Source of the DNA: Octopus sinensis
Taxonomy: Eukaryota
Assembly (NCBI RefSeq): GCF_006345805.1
Contig: NC_042998.1
Location: forward strand, 14,136,001-14,200,000
Length of the DNA stretch: 64,000 bases
Reading direction: 5' to 3'
The position numbers were made by a program, and so were the translations under genes. The number at the start of each line of letters is the position of its first letter. Within the stretch, counting starts at the first letter, position 1. Below the pieces are notes generated by a model. That model saw only the letters and a program-made list of their open reading frames with translations. It had not been told where the DNA came from and did no database searches. Of this stretch, positions 36,083-51,310 are shown one piece after another.

Positions 36083-36495
36083 TATATGTGTAAGTATCGC
36101 AACGGGAGAACATGATGTTGCTCAATACTGTATAAATAGCAGCGTACTTCCTCTCCAAATCACACCTTTTATACTGCCTTAGAAAATGTTAGATTCCTGG
36201 ATAGGTATGAGTTCAGAGTTTCTATGGTTTTGTAAATAACGATATAGTCAAGGTGGCATTGCTTCCATGAGTTGTCAGTCTATTGGAATTAAACGCCGAC
36301 AGTAAAACTGATACAAAACTGACACAAGAAAAGAATTTAGAGTGAAACTTACTTTCAGAAATGTCATTACTTGACTGCCTATACAGCTAAGAAGAGTCAG
36401 TCAAATGTACAGCCTTACCCCGATGTCTTATTGAAAGACATAAAAATTATAGATAACCTGATTGTAACAAAAATATATCTCAGAAATAAATTCCG

Positions 36496-36700
36496 TGGGT
36501 TGGCATAATCGTTAGCGCGCAGAAAACATCGCTCAGCGGCATTTTGACCGTCTTTACGTTTTGAGTTCAAATTCCGCCGAGGCCGATTTTGGCTTTCCTC
36601 CTTTCAAGGCGTATAAAATATGTAGCAGCTGAGCACAGGGGTTAATGTAATCAACTTACCCCCTCCCCAGAATTGGTTGGCCTTGTGTCAAAATGTGAAG
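36496..36700 (+). mobile_element. SINE family B, old monomer
   Basis: ttggcataatcgttagc...gagttcaaattccgccgaggccgattttggctttcctcctttc...ccctccccagaattggttggccttgtgtc. Confidence 0.7.
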
Positions 36701-37578
36701 GCAATATATCTCATTAAGAGAAAATACACACCTGATACTTGGCTTGAATCTCCTTCTCTCTATCTTATTCTCACCTTTTTTGTCTGTTTCTCGGTCTCTT
36801 TCTTTCATTCTTTCTTTCTGTCTCTGTCTGTCTGTCTCTCCCTCTGTCTCTGTGTTAGTTCCTCTCTCTCTCACTCTCTCTCTCATGTCAGGCATGGAAC
36901 AAATTGTCGACAAGAGAAGCTAACGTTGATGAGACATTGTTTTTCCCTCGACACAAAACAACGCTGGGTCTGCGCCTCAGGAACTGATTGAATTGAAATT
37001 CATTCATCGTTTCTTTGTTTGCTGATCGCTTTTAAACTGAAAGCTTGTTGTGAAATCCCGATGACACTCATGCGATTCGCATGAGAATCAGCAGCGTAAA
37101 TGAAACGAATTGCAGAGCCAGCTTGTTGGGATCTTATCTATACTTATCTCTACATTATATCTGTCGGCAATGATTTATGCATTATATTAGGAACCGAGAA
37201 AATGGGAACATTGATTTAAATCGACCGACATAAGTTATTTGAGTCAACTGGCGTAAATTATTTAATTCAGCCAGCGCAATTTATTTAATTCAATTAACGT
37301 AAGTTGTGTCAAGCAGCTGAAGTTATTTCAGTCAACAAACAAACAAATGCGGATCACATTGCGAAGGTAAAATGATGTATTTATAATTCTGTTTGGTTCT
37401 TGTCTACGTTTTTTTAATATATTTTTTGACGCATGAATATATTGTTTGTATATTAAATGATAGAAGAAGTGGCATTTAGATTTAGCCAACACTAGCAACA
37501 CTAACAACATTAGCAACACTTATTTAGCAACAATTATTTCTTTCCTTTTTGTCTATACAACTGGAAAATATAGCAATA

Positions 37579-38152
37579 GGCGCAGGCTCTTAAATGGAAG
37601 GGTATTGCCTGCAGTCGATTGGGAAGGCTGAAAAGCGATTTTGACCCTGTGGACCCCATTGGCCACAACACATCTGGTTTTTCAAGATTTTTTTTAAATG
37701 GCTGGCTGCAGGTATCCGGTGATACTTGAGGGACATAACCCTAAGTCCTAAGTGTCACTCGTGCCTGCAGCCATGCCACATTGAAAAGAACTGCCCCCAA
37801 GACCATGGTAAGGTCCTGGAACAGTCACTGGATGCCACCTCCACTACCCGGTCAAAGGGTGAGTTGGATGTGGTTGAAAGATGCCCGTCGTATATATGCA
37901 TATATATATATGAGTGTGTGTGTGTGTGTGTGTGTGTATGTACGTGTGTCTGTGTTTATCCCCCCTCCCAAATCGCTTGAAAACCGATGCTGGTGTGTTT
38001 ACGTCCCCGTAACTTAGCGGTTCGGCAAAAGGGACCGATAGAATAAATACCTGGCTTCCAAAGTATAAGTCTTGGGGTCGATTTGCTCGGCTAAAGGCGG
38101 TGCTCCACATGGCCGCACTCAGATGACTGAAACAAGTAAAAGAGTAAAAGAA
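37579..38152 (+). mobile_element. chimeric SINE family A whose head is replaced by a LINE ORF1-like fragment
   Basis: GGCGCAGG, then 288 bp of foreign sequence, then tgaaagatgcccgtcg and an intact 3' module. Confidence 0.75.
37698..37800 (+). pseudogene. CCHC zinc-knuckle fragment (non-LTR retrotransposon ORF1-like)
   Basis: Removing the 7-bp duplication CCTAAGT (37740-37753) gives MAGCRYPVILEGHNPKCHSCLQPCHIEKNCPQ with CX2CX4HX4C. Confidence 0.65.
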
Positions 38153-38619
38153 TAATAGCTTTGGTTTCCTTTCTATTTAAGAAAGTAAAGTGTGACGTAT
38201 TGGGTATTCGAGTTTTGTTTCAAATAGACCGAGGAAATGGTGTTCGGGGATTCCGTAACTGCATAGCGATGAATGACGTTTGCCTGGAGAACATTCAATA
38301 TCGAGCCAATACTCAATTGGGATTTTCTTTTATCGGTGTCTGCGGGATAAAACGTTAAGTTTTTTCTAGGGGTGAAGCGAACTCAAAGTGTAACAGAGTA
38401 GCCCAAATGTGTTCATCAGATAAACCTATCAAGAATAATTTTGTCTACTGCCCTCAAGAAAAATTTATATTTGATGCTCCTCCGATAACGCTATACGGAC
38501 AAATGTACCAGTGCCATATCATCATCTTTATATCAATACTTCAACTACTAATACTAATACTAATCATAATATTATTCTTCTCTGTATCGTTCCAAATTTC
38601 AGTAATAATTGTAATGATG

Positions 38620-38670
38620 ATACTGGTGATGAGGAAGACGTCGACGACGCCGACGACGGCAATGATGATG

Positions 38671-38701
<31 letters not shown>

Positions 38702-38878
38702 AAAAGAAGAAGCAGAAAAAAAGAAGTAGTAGTAGAAGAAGAAGAAGAAGAAGAGAAGAAGAAGAAGAAGAAGAAGAAGAAGAAGAAGAGAAGAAGAAGA
38801 AGAAGAAGAAAAAGAAAATGAAGAAGAAGAAGAAGAAGCGGAAGAAGAAGAAGAAGAAGAAAAAGAAGAAGAAGATAT
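38620..38878. repeat. (GAT)n-(GAA)n compound microsatellite
   Basis: Directly visible. Confidence 0.95.
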
Positions 38879-38880
38879 AA

Positions 38881-39513
38881 TCCAGTCTGGGACGGAGGAG
38901 TAGCAGTATTACGTTCATTTTGGCAATTTCATGCCACTATGTTTCTGCAGTAATGGTTTTTCCGGGTTTTAAGAAGTTACAGTGGATGACTCCAGCAGTA
39001 CACCAACAAACAGTCACCATAACCTTTTTTTTTCTTTTTCTAATAACTCGTGCTTAAAGCAGGCTTTTGGTGCTTCATTCTGGTCCAACGACTGCGAAGA
39101 GCGATTTTTATTATTGTACAGAATCCGCTTTTCATCGCAAGTCACAATACGATCAAAAAATGGATCGGTCTGGTTACAGAGAAAAAGCGACGAGCAAATT
39201 TTACATCTCTGATTTTTCTGATTTTCATTCAAATCGTGTGGTACCCATTTGTCGAGCTATTTTGATTTTCCGGTCACATGCAAATGGTTGCCGGCAGTTC
39301 TCTGGCTAACTTGATGCTCTTTTGCCAGTTCTCGAGAGGTTTTACGTAGATCTTTCTCAATGACAGCCTCTAACTGACCATTATCGCTGACAGATTGGCG
39401 TCCAGTGCGTTCACGATCTTCAAGTCTCAGGTCTCCACTGCTAAATCGTTTAAACCATTTTGGAGCTGACCACGGAGTGGTAATTTCCTCGCTAAACGTC
39501 TCGTTGATATCAC
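38881..39513 (-). pseudogene. mariner transposase internal fragment (Hsmar1/cecropia-like)
   Basis: WVPHDLNENQKNQR, DPFFDRIVTCDEKRILYNN, VTVCWCTAGVIHCNFLKPGKTITAE; no TIRs seen. Confidence 0.88.
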
Positions 39514-39523
39514 GCTGCTGCTG

Positions 39524-39559
<36 letters not shown>

Positions 39560-39685
39560 ATTAACACTACTGCTGCTGCTACTACTATTACTACTACTAC
39601 TACTAATTAATACTACTGCTGCTGCTACTACTACTATTACTGCTACTACTATAATTAATACTACTGCTGCCGCTACTACTACTAT

Positions 39686-39739
<54 letters not shown>

Positions 39740-39747
39740 AACTGCTA

Positions 39748-39817
<70 letters not shown>
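39514..39817. repeat. (CTG)n-(CTA)n-(ATA)n microsatellite
   Basis: Directly visible. Confidence 0.95.
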
Positions 39818-39818
<1 letters not shown>

Positions 39819-40041
39819 TTCATTTATTTGCCACAAGGACGAAGGATGGGGGCGGGGAAATACAGAGGCAGACTTAAAGCGTGGGGGTTTACTTATAATA
39901 ATGAAATGATCAACATCATCAACTTCCGTCAAATTTGTCGTCGTCGAATTAAACTTCATCATCCCTGTTATCATCATTATTTTCGTCATCTTCATCACGA
40001 CCCTCCTCTTCGTATCCCGCCTCCTTTATCATCACCATCAT

Positions 40042-40081
<40 letters not shown>

Positions 40082-40517
40082 GACGGCAACACCAGCAATA
40101 GCAGCAATTACAACATCATTACCGTCGTTGTCATCGTCGAGATTTTTGTTTCTTTTTTCATCGTCTGTGTCTTGTATTTTATGCCTGACTTTCCTGCATT
40201 ATATAATATTTTTTAATGTCTATTTAAAATAGCTAAAATAATATTGTTAACACTCTACCTTGGTTTTACAGATCAGTTGTTTCGCACATATAAACGCATC
40301 GAACTGTGCAAGACTTGCTTCAACCATTTATGACCTTATCGTATAAAACTATAGCATAATTGATTAGAAAATGATTTGATATAGTGAGTCAATTATATTG
40401 TTAAGCATCAAGGCGGTCAATGGAGATTGTTTACTACCATCAGTGATACATTATGTTATCGAAAATGTGTTCGTTATGCGTGTTTGTATGCATATGCGTA
40501 TGTTTGTACTTATATGC

Positions 40518-40581
<64 letters not shown>

Positions 40582-41158
40582 TGTGTGTGTGTGTGTGTGT
40601 GCGTCTGTGGTGTGCGTGTGTATGTATCTATATATATATGCGTGTGTATGTATGTATCTATATATATATACATATATAGATACATACACACGCACACCAC
40701 ACACACACACACAGATATATATATATATTAACATATAAGTACAAACATACGTATATGCATACATATATATCTATATATATATATATATATATGTGTGTAT
40801 GTGTGTATATGTATGTAATATATATATATGTATGTATGTGTATTTATATATATGTATATATGTATGTTCGTATGTATGTGTATATGTATATGTATATGTG
40901 TGTGTATGAGTGCGGTTATATAGTAGCAGAATAGTTAGAGCATGATAAACAATGTCTCACAGTATTTATTGCAAATCTCTACGTTCTACGTTCGAATCAT
41001 ACCTAGGTCATTCGTTCAACGAAACTGGAAACATGTAACCACTGCATAGTAGTGCACTTGCCGTCGCGAGCTGAAGTCGAAATAAGCGTCGGTGTCATCA
41101 ACCATGATCTACACAATTGCTAAGTGCCGAAGCTTCACTAAAATGTGGAGCTATGTTA

Positions 41159-41373
41159 CAGTTTTTGCTGAAAAATTCCTGGCTCTAAAGGTATCACGAC
41201 ATGACTTATAGGAGGCCCAACATTCTTTGTTCTTTTACAGGGCTTAAAAAATCGAAGGAACGGTGCAATACGTGTGTGAATCTGAGAGGGAGAATATATT
41301 GAATAAAATCATTATTAACTGATTCTCCTGTATTTTCTTTTACCCGAAACCAGGAACTTTTCAGCACCCTTCG
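41159..41373 (+). mobile_element. non-autonomous mariner, same family as 27775-27987
   Basis: tgctgaaaaattcctgg / ccaggaacttttcagcacccttcg|TA and the same transposase 3' remnant. Confidence 0.7.
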
Positions 41374-42395
41374 TATCATTAAATCCGGCTATCACTTGAG
41401 TCTATCGTGCAAAACAGACCACCGAAGAATATTGTACATTTTCTCCACTTTCTGGTCATGGCGAAACTTGTAATGAAGTAAATGAAATTAATAGAAATGA
41501 TGTTAGGCGCTTTGGAAATTCAAGGCCTCAACTTCTTCAAATACCGTTTGGAGGTGAAGATAAAGTTTGAAATAGGAAGTACAGATCCCTAGCAATTTGT
41601 TTCAAATGGGAGTGACAAGGACAAATGAACATTCTTTCAAACTACACTTGATTACCAGAGGCCTCACATTTAGTTGGCCTGATAACTACAATATGAGGTA
41701 GCGTTTTTGATTGAATTTTAAGTAGATTTTCTGTAAAATTTAAATGTCGTATACGATTTTCTTTTTCTAATTGTTTTATTAATTCGATAAAAAAGATCCA
41801 TCGTTTTATAACTTGTCCTTTTAAAGTTCTCTCATCCATCAGTTATCAAAGAATAAATTCTACTCCTTCTCCGTGTTCCTTTCTCATCATCATCGGCAGC
41901 AACAACAGCACCAGCAGTAATAGTAGTAGCAGCAGGAAGCGGAGGTGAATTAAATGATATAACGGTCATGACTGATCGAGAAGATATTTGCATGGCGTAG
42001 TTACATACTTTTAACTTCTGTGTAGGAATCAAAACGTGAAGGCTTGTTTTTTTTCTGGTTTGGTTCAGAGTTTGTTACATTTCATAGAGGTACGCAACGT
42101 TGAATATGATTTACGATCTAGGGAGTCCGAAACGAGTTCATAAAGAGGTGAAGCTGTCAGCTTTTCGAAAGGGTAATAACAGTTGACATGAATCAAATTT
42201 CCTTAAACGAAATATATCATTGATTCACTTTTATAGCAGCATACTTATTGCTATGCTTTACAGTAACTGCCATGATTGTTTTAAGCGTATTCTTCTCTTT
42301 TTGTATGCAATAAATTCCTAAATATTTAGATAAACGGTTCAGTAGAAAACTGCTGCCTATACATACATTCAAACATACACAGTGAGGAAGAGACC

Positions 42396-42531
<136 letters not shown>

Positions 42532-43208
42532 CATATTTTTAAAATATATATCGAGAAAGATCGTTTTTATTGTTAAACTTTTTTTTAATAACATTAGCCA
42601 AATGTTATAGATTTGAAAATAAAATGTAAAGCAATTTCTGTGTGCATCAGAATTTATGCTTTTTAATCTACAACGCTTCTCGAAAATCTGTTAAACCATC
42701 TAGGTATAACACAGAAATGTGTTTTCTCTTTTGTACTAGGCCGAAGAACCGTACGTTTTATAGTGTTATGATAATGAGAAAATAGATATAATTGAAGTTC
42801 AAGCCTTTCCAATAAGACATAATTTTTCGGAGCAACCATCCTATTCTACGGTGAAGAAAGCTCCTATATACTGAAAAAGCATTGCAGTGTACATATATAT
42901 CTATGTGTGTGTGTGTGTGGTTCCTCTGCTTTGTGACAGAAGTAGTTACAAAGAGTGAGAGAAAGTTGTGGTGTAGCCCACCATGGTGTAACTCACTATG
43001 GTGTGGTAAACTTTCAGACCCTAGACTAGATTGCAATGGTTCAGCTCTCCCCCCGTTAAAAGCCACCGTTTACAGAATAAGCATAACAACGTAGCTTTTG
43101 CGCCCCTATGGTGAGTGGATCTTCAAGTTGCCACATGCATTCTTAGTAGCATAGAGTAGGCTCGAATTAGAGATTATTCTTTGTGGCTAATGGCGTGAGT
43201 TCTGATTG

Positions 43209-43440
43209 GAAGAAGAAGAAGAAGAAGAAGAAGAAGAAGAAGAAGAAGAAGAAGAAGAAGAAGAAAAAGAAGAGAAGAAGACGAAGAAGAAGAAAAAGAA
43301 AAAGAAGACGAAGAAGAAGAAAAGGAAGAAGAAAAAGAAGAAGAAGAAGAAGAAGAAGAAGAAGAAAAAGAAAAAGAAGACGAAGAAGAAGAAAAAGAAG
43401 AAGAAGAAGAAGGAGACGAAGAAGAAGAAGAAGAAGAACG

Positions 43441-43471
<31 letters not shown>
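43209..43471. repeat. (GAA)n-(CAA)n microsatellite
   Basis: Directly visible. Confidence 0.97.
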
Positions 43472-44182
43472 CTGACTGGTTTCCGCCTTCTTTTTGTGGT
43501 GATGGAAGAAGCGGCGAGATACTATAACGTTCAAAATTACGTCAAATGTTCTAAGAAGTGAAAAAATGCGTCTCAAGTTGGACTCGAACTCAGTATGTAT
43601 AACTCTGATTAGTAGAAATTTACTTCTTGCTACATTGCTAGCCATTAAATGTGTTGAGCATATTAACAACCTACTGATTTAACTCGATTATACATATATC
43701 TTGATCAAATTAGACGAACACCATAGAATAAACTTAAGCTTCAGGCAAATCAAGTCTCACAACCTGATTTCCATTATTTGTTATTGCAATTTAGCATTTC
43801 ACCTACGTCATTAATGCCCTTGAGAAAGGCATAAACATCGCAAAGTCTTATTTCCCCTTCCCATAGAGTTCTAAGGTATGGTCTCCTATAAAAGAAATCA
43901 ATTTCTTGATCAAATTAGCCTTCACACTCTACTGACTAGAGTAAATTCCTTGTCTGTGGAGATAGCGAGAGGCAGAGAGAGAGAGAGAGACAGAGAGAGA
44001 CGGAGAGAGACAGAGAGAGAGAGTAGAGGGTGGGAGGGGAAAACTGAGACAGAGTGACAAGGGTTTTCTCCCTTAAGGTTTATTTTATTAAGTCTCAACT
44101 TCATTGAACAGAAGTTCAGAGAAAAGATCACAGGGGCGGCAAACAATATTTAGTTTCTTCTGAGATCAATATTTACGACTAT

Positions 44183-44338
44183 TCATCATCATCACCATCA
44201 TCACCATCAACATCATCATCATCATCATCATTATCATCATCATCACCGTCCTCTTCCCCATCATCAACATCATCATCATCACCGTCATCATCATCATCAT
44301 CTTCAGCATCATCGTTGTCGTCGTCATCGTCGTCGTTG

Positions 44339-44391
<53 letters not shown>

Positions 44392-44549
44392 TTCAGCATC
44401 ATCACAACCGTCGTGATTATAATAAAAACATTAAAAATGAAAAGAGAAAGGCAACAAATAATATTAGAATCATTACATTCCATTCTTCAACTTGAAAAGT
44501 TTTTAACGTCGATAGTAATAGAGAGACTATTTCTATTTTATCATCATCA

Positions 44550-44602
<53 letters not shown>

Positions 44603-44660
44603 TCTTAACGTTGTTGTTATCATAATTGTTATTATTAGCAGAAACATCATCATTATTATC

Positions 44661-44696
<36 letters not shown>

Positions 44697-44700
44697 GCTG
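44183..44700. repeat. (CAT)n/(TAT)n microsatellite cluster
   Basis: Directly visible. Confidence 0.92.
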
Positions 44701-45305
44701 CTGCTATTATTTGAGGTTTGAAATGACGGACAACAAAAGATCGCCATATTAAATGCTGTAACTTTATCGTTATCTCCTTTTCATCTCTCCAGTATCAATA
44801 AAATAACTAGTAGGCATGTGTATTCCTTCAACTGAATAGGTTATACACCTCCCTAAATATTTGTAGCCATTTCTATATTAAATGCAAGAAATCGTTATGA
44901 TCGTTGTTACCGAGACTGAGACTAAGGCATAAATCGTTGAGACCGAACTCAATGATTTTACATTCTTTTTTATCCAATTATGTCCTTCACCGTCCCGTGT
45001 TCAATCCTATCGAACAGGGGTTCTCATACAGTTTTTATCTATGTACGTCTTTTATTCTTATTTTTTTCAGGTGAACACTCATAGTCATTCAATGTTTAAA
45101 AACTAGTTTTGCAGAAGCTTCTAAATTCCTATTTCTTTTCCACACATTAACCTGTGTAGGTTGAACTATGTAAAATGTTAGAGAAAGCAATCTAGCTGTT
45201 CCTGGCAATGCCTATCAATAGCTACATTTAAGGTAAAATTTCTTCAGGGACCGTTAAACCTATTGTGCATCCCCAATTAACTATTTTGTTACCTACTGAT
45301 ACCAA

Positions 45306-45356
<51 letters not shown>

Positions 45357-45359
<3 letters not shown>

Positions 45360-45746
45360 TTTACTCTTTTACTTGTTTCAGTCATTTGACTGCGGCCATG
45401 CTGGAGCACTGCCTTGGTCGAGCAAATCGACCCCGGGACTTATTCGTTGTAAGCCCAGTACTTATTCTATCGGTCTCTTTTGCCGAACCGCTAAGTGACG
45501 GGGACGTAAACATACCAGCATCGGTTGTCAAGCAATGCTAGGGGGACAAACACAGACACACAAACATATACACACACATACATATATGTATACATATATA
45601 CGACAGGCTTCTTTCAGCTTCCGTCTACCAAATCCACTCACAAGGCATTGGTCGGCCCGGGGCTATAGCAGAAGACACTTGCCCAAGATGCCACGCAGTG
45701 GGACTGAATCCGGAACCATGTGGTTGGTAAGCAAGCTACTTACCAC
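45357..45746 (-). mobile_element. SINE family A (lacks first few bases of head)
   Basis: Near-identical to 28250-28666; abuts a family C head back-to-back. Confidence 0.9.
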
Positions 45747-46028
45747 GGCGCATGGCTCTTTGGTTAGAGTGTAGAGCTCACGATCGTGAGGTTGTGAGTT
45801 CGATTCCTGGACAGGGCTATGTGTTGTGTTCTTGAGCAAGACACTTTATTTCACGTGGCTCCAGTTAACTCAGCTGTAGAAATGAGTTACGACATCAGTG
45901 TTGTAGAGAGGGGAGGCTGGTATGCATGGGTGACTGCTGGCCTTCCACAAAAAATCTTGCCCGGATTTGTGCTTCGGAGGGTAACTTTCGAGGTGCAATC
46001 CCATGGCCATTCATGACAGAAGGGGATC
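45747..46028 (+). mobile_element. SINE family C (tRNA head + CORE-like block)
   Basis: GGCGCATGGCTC..TGGTTAGAG, GAGTTCGATTCC, gtgttgtgttcttgagcaagacactttatttcac. Confidence 0.85.
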
Positions 46029-46422
46029 TCCTCCTATAGTTTAGGTATCAGTTAGAGGAGTTTAATACCTCTAAGGTATAGTTTAATAATTTACAACCCG
46101 ATCTACTTGCCCAACGGAACAATAAACTAGCCAATATACTACAGTGAAACCTCTCCCCAGCGAAATAACCAGCTCAAGAACAAAATATAATGTAAGACTA
46201 ATTAATTTAGCCTCAATTACCGTCACCTTGTGTATCAATTATTTTCGCATTCTCACCGATGTATCAATCTCTTTTTCGTATTCTGAAGAGATTTACTAAA
46301 ACTAGTAAATTGAAACGATCATAAATGCTACCTCCTTTGCTATTTAATTAAATGAAAGTCATACCAGTGAAAACGATGTTTCCCCTTGTAATTTACAGCC
46401 ATTTTTCTTCTCGTATATATTA

Positions 46423-47607
<1,185 letters not shown>

Positions 47608-49149
47608 GATTGGTCGCTGTTTAATTACGTATTTAGGACTTGGTTGTAATTTACTTATTGAATTCATTTACCGATACAGTTATACATAGGGGAAATGCGT
47701 TTGAAAGTTGTGGGTTTCTTTTGTATGTTTGTTCCCAAACAACACTTATTTTAGTGCTATTGACTCCGCCGTTACTGCCCAGGTGTCGAAATCATAATGA
47801 TATACCTGGGGCAGCTAATGTTAGAGGTATTTTGGATTGTTGGTACGGCTGTTTTTGTATGTGGAATAATATTATAACACATCCTTTTGTTATATATATA
47901 TATATAAGTTAACACATACAGTCACACTTCAATTCTACCATGGTTTTCACAACTTGATTTCAAGTTAGGAGAGTGTCTTCACATCTATACAGAATGTGTA
48001 TAAAAAACACATTAGAAAACCACCAGACACCTGTATTTCAGCTTATTTGTACCATTTCACTGATAGGCAATTAAGAGAAGCCTGTCCCTGTATATAGAAT
48101 TTAGAGCATAAAATGCTTGCTGAAGCGTGCTAAAGCCCGTCATTTGGTAATAAAAATTCATATGAGTATGCACAACAACAAAAATCAATACAGAGCACGC
48201 GAACACCTTCCTTCAAACTGGAACTTGATCCTGGTTTTAAATATCAGTAGTAGTTTGGATCAATGCTATGTATAAAGTAATCAGAAACTGAAACACAGAA
48301 TTCCTGTCCACTTTACGAGGTTTCCTTTATGGGATTTCATTTCCTGGTGGGAAAGAGAGAGTCAAAATTTTGACGACATATCGAATATTGCAAGATATAC
48401 AACAAATTATGAAATGAAGATATAGTCTGATACATTAAAGCAGAGTTGCCTAAACCAAAATCAACAAAAGGGTCAGCTAGTACTGGTAAATTATGCACTG
48501 AATTAATACAGCAACCTAAAGCTGGTAGTTTGAAATTATTTCACCCAATTTTTACGCTGAAGAATTTTTTTTTTTACAAAGCTTTGGCAGAAAAGAAACT
48601 AAATTAGTAGTCTCTTATTCAATGTACCATATTCTGGCTCTTCATCCGGTAAAGATACGACTGATAAGCAGAATTCTTGTGCAATCCATTATAGATGTCA
48701 GACAATTAAAAACTTTATATAAATCTACAATAAAAGGTTTTGCATAGTGGAAAGAAAATATTACTTCTGACGTGTGTGTTTATGTGTGTGTGTGTGCCTA
48801 TGTGTGTGTTTATGTGTATGTTTTTATGTGTGGTGTGACTGTGTGCGCGCGTGTGTGTATGGTTTCCGTATTTCTCTTGCAAGATTACTGATGTGAACTG
48901 ATGTTTTGAAACAAATTGTGTTGCATCTTGTAATGATTCTCCCGACATACAGCAAGCAATATGTACTAAGTTGAGAGAAAAGTGCTTTCGGATTTTTATT
49001 GGTGATTTTTGGCAACTTGTATCTTCGGTTCATATCACTAATTAGATACAACCTGTGATCCGAACGTTGCTCAATTGCTTATTCGTTCTTTTCCATGTAT
49101 AACATACAAAGAGTTATAGTTTGTTCTTTATTTTACAGCTTTCATAACG

Positions 49150-50145
49150 ATTAATGAAAAAATTACAATTAGAACCATTTAACACTCCTTGTAGAAACAA
49201 AACAGACAGTGCAAATGCAGCGATAAAAGAAACTAATGATGTGGAAGGCCCAGGAAATCTCAACGAACGAGAGACACAGTACTGGTTAAAGCGTTTCAAG
49301 GAAGTTGATACCAGCCTTGAAGACAAATCAAGGCTCGGTAGAAATTCTATTGCGGAAAATAAAATTCTTGCTTGCAAAGGTTGAACAACAGTCAAGCATA
49401 GGCAATCGTACATTGCCGACAAAACTTGGTATTTCACAAAACACCATCAATCGACATCTCCGCAAGCCAGGCCTTGTGAACAGACGCTATCGAGAAGATC
49501 CTCATGTAATGACCAATGACCATAGTCAATAATATGGGAACAGTTGAAAACAAATTCTGACAAATCCATGAGACGTTCGTTTTCGATATCGAATTCTAGC
49601 TAGACATGTTTAAAAAGTGGATTTATTTACGCAATTTTAATCAGAGAAATAAGTGGTTTCGATTCAGCGAGGCTTCATACCAACTTGTCAATCACAGGCA
49701 GTTTGAAGAGATGGCCGCATTATGTCTTTCGGGGAATATTGAGGGGTGTGTTGCACTTAGAGCTTTTCGCAGATGGCCATACTGTGAATACCAACCTTTA
49801 AATTCAACGAATGCATGGGGTATATAATGCTTTGATCGTCCGCTACTTGGCATTGTTCAATTACAGCATTATGCCCTACCACACGCTGCCTATGTAACCA
49901 ACTACAATCATGATGAAATTGAGGGGCTGTATGTGCGGCTTCACCCTGCCTAATGTCAGGAACCTGCACCGTTAAATTACGCCCTTCTTTGAGCCATGGT
50001 TATTTCTCGCACCGTTAGAGGTTCAACAATTTGGATAAGGTTGAAAACGGGTGCAGGTTTTTTTTTTTACCTCTAAACCTAAAATGGTATAATTGAGCTT
50101 CTGATACAAGAGTCAACAGAATATGATGGGATATATTTTTAAAAT
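49150..50145 (+). pseudogene. highly decayed mariner transposase
   Basis: N-terminal HTH-like ANAAIKETNDVEGPGNLNERETQYWLKRFKEVDTSLEDKSRLGR, KLGISQNTINRHLRK, eroded downstream motifs. Confidence 0.75.
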
Positions 50146-51310
50146 CTTTTGTATGTAATTTCTTGAACTATTAATTTAAGCTTGGGATGCCCGCACTCGC
50201 TCACACAGATACGCGTCACGTGCGCACGTACACACACCCACACACTCTCCCACACTCACACACATACACACACACTCCACACACAAACTCACGTAACAGT
50301 CATATTTATAATGATGGCTTAATTTGTATAAGATATGTGTGTCGGAAAAATGAAGAACCGTTAAGAATCAGCAAAATTTGTTGCACAAATTCTTTAGAAA
50401 ACTTTACAAGCTGGTGTCTTGCAGCGTCACTTACATCGTAATTGATTCCAAAATCCGTAAGCAGAATTACTAAGGTTCAGACTTACCTAGTCTTATCTAG
50501 TCCGTCGCAGGCGGTTATTATATATTTTCTATCTTGTTAATGTAATTTACTCTTCGTTCTTATCTTGGTTGCATTATTTTCTTATTGACATTTGAAGTGT
50601 TCTTATTTCTCAGAGGACTACAATTTTTTTCTTGTACTTTTTTTTATTTCATAAACATTCGAGTGCTATATTACATCATATAAGTGTTATATTATATGTA
50701 TTATAATGTTTCTATACTTGAGTATATCAATTTCTTGTATAATTTACTTCGGTCTTTGACCTCCAGAAATATTTGAATTCTTAATTCTGCTTAGTAGACA
50801 GTTTTTATATAATAATATTCTGTTATATTTCTACAGTATTTTTTTCCAATTTTCTTTTGATGCTATTAATACATATATCCGTTGTGTCTATATGTGTGTG
50901 GGGTATGTATACCCCCCACACACGCAGACACACACATACTTATTTCACTATGTATGCATCTATATAAGCGTAAATATTTTTGCGTTTGTGCGTTTGCTTA
51001 TGTCAATGCATAAAAACAGGAAAATGTTTACACATTTGTATTAGAAACACAACTCTTTTTGCGTTAAATCTTTTTCCTGTATGGCATTGCTAGAAGAATG
51101 TCGGTGGTCGACCTGTGAGAAATAGCAGCAAAATCTTTCACCAAATGTATAACTGATGTCTAAAATGCAAGGATTATTTAGATAATTAAGTTGTAAAGAT
51201 AGCATGTCCGAAAACAAAATACATTATTTTCATATTTTATCTCGAATACGCTCTGTCATACATCTCCTCGCAAGTAGTTATATTGGTGTTACTGTATGTG
51301 CATGCGTGAA

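Noticed and set aside
48100-48600. Possible decayed transposase-like sequence
   Set aside because: No motif could be read convincingly by eye.
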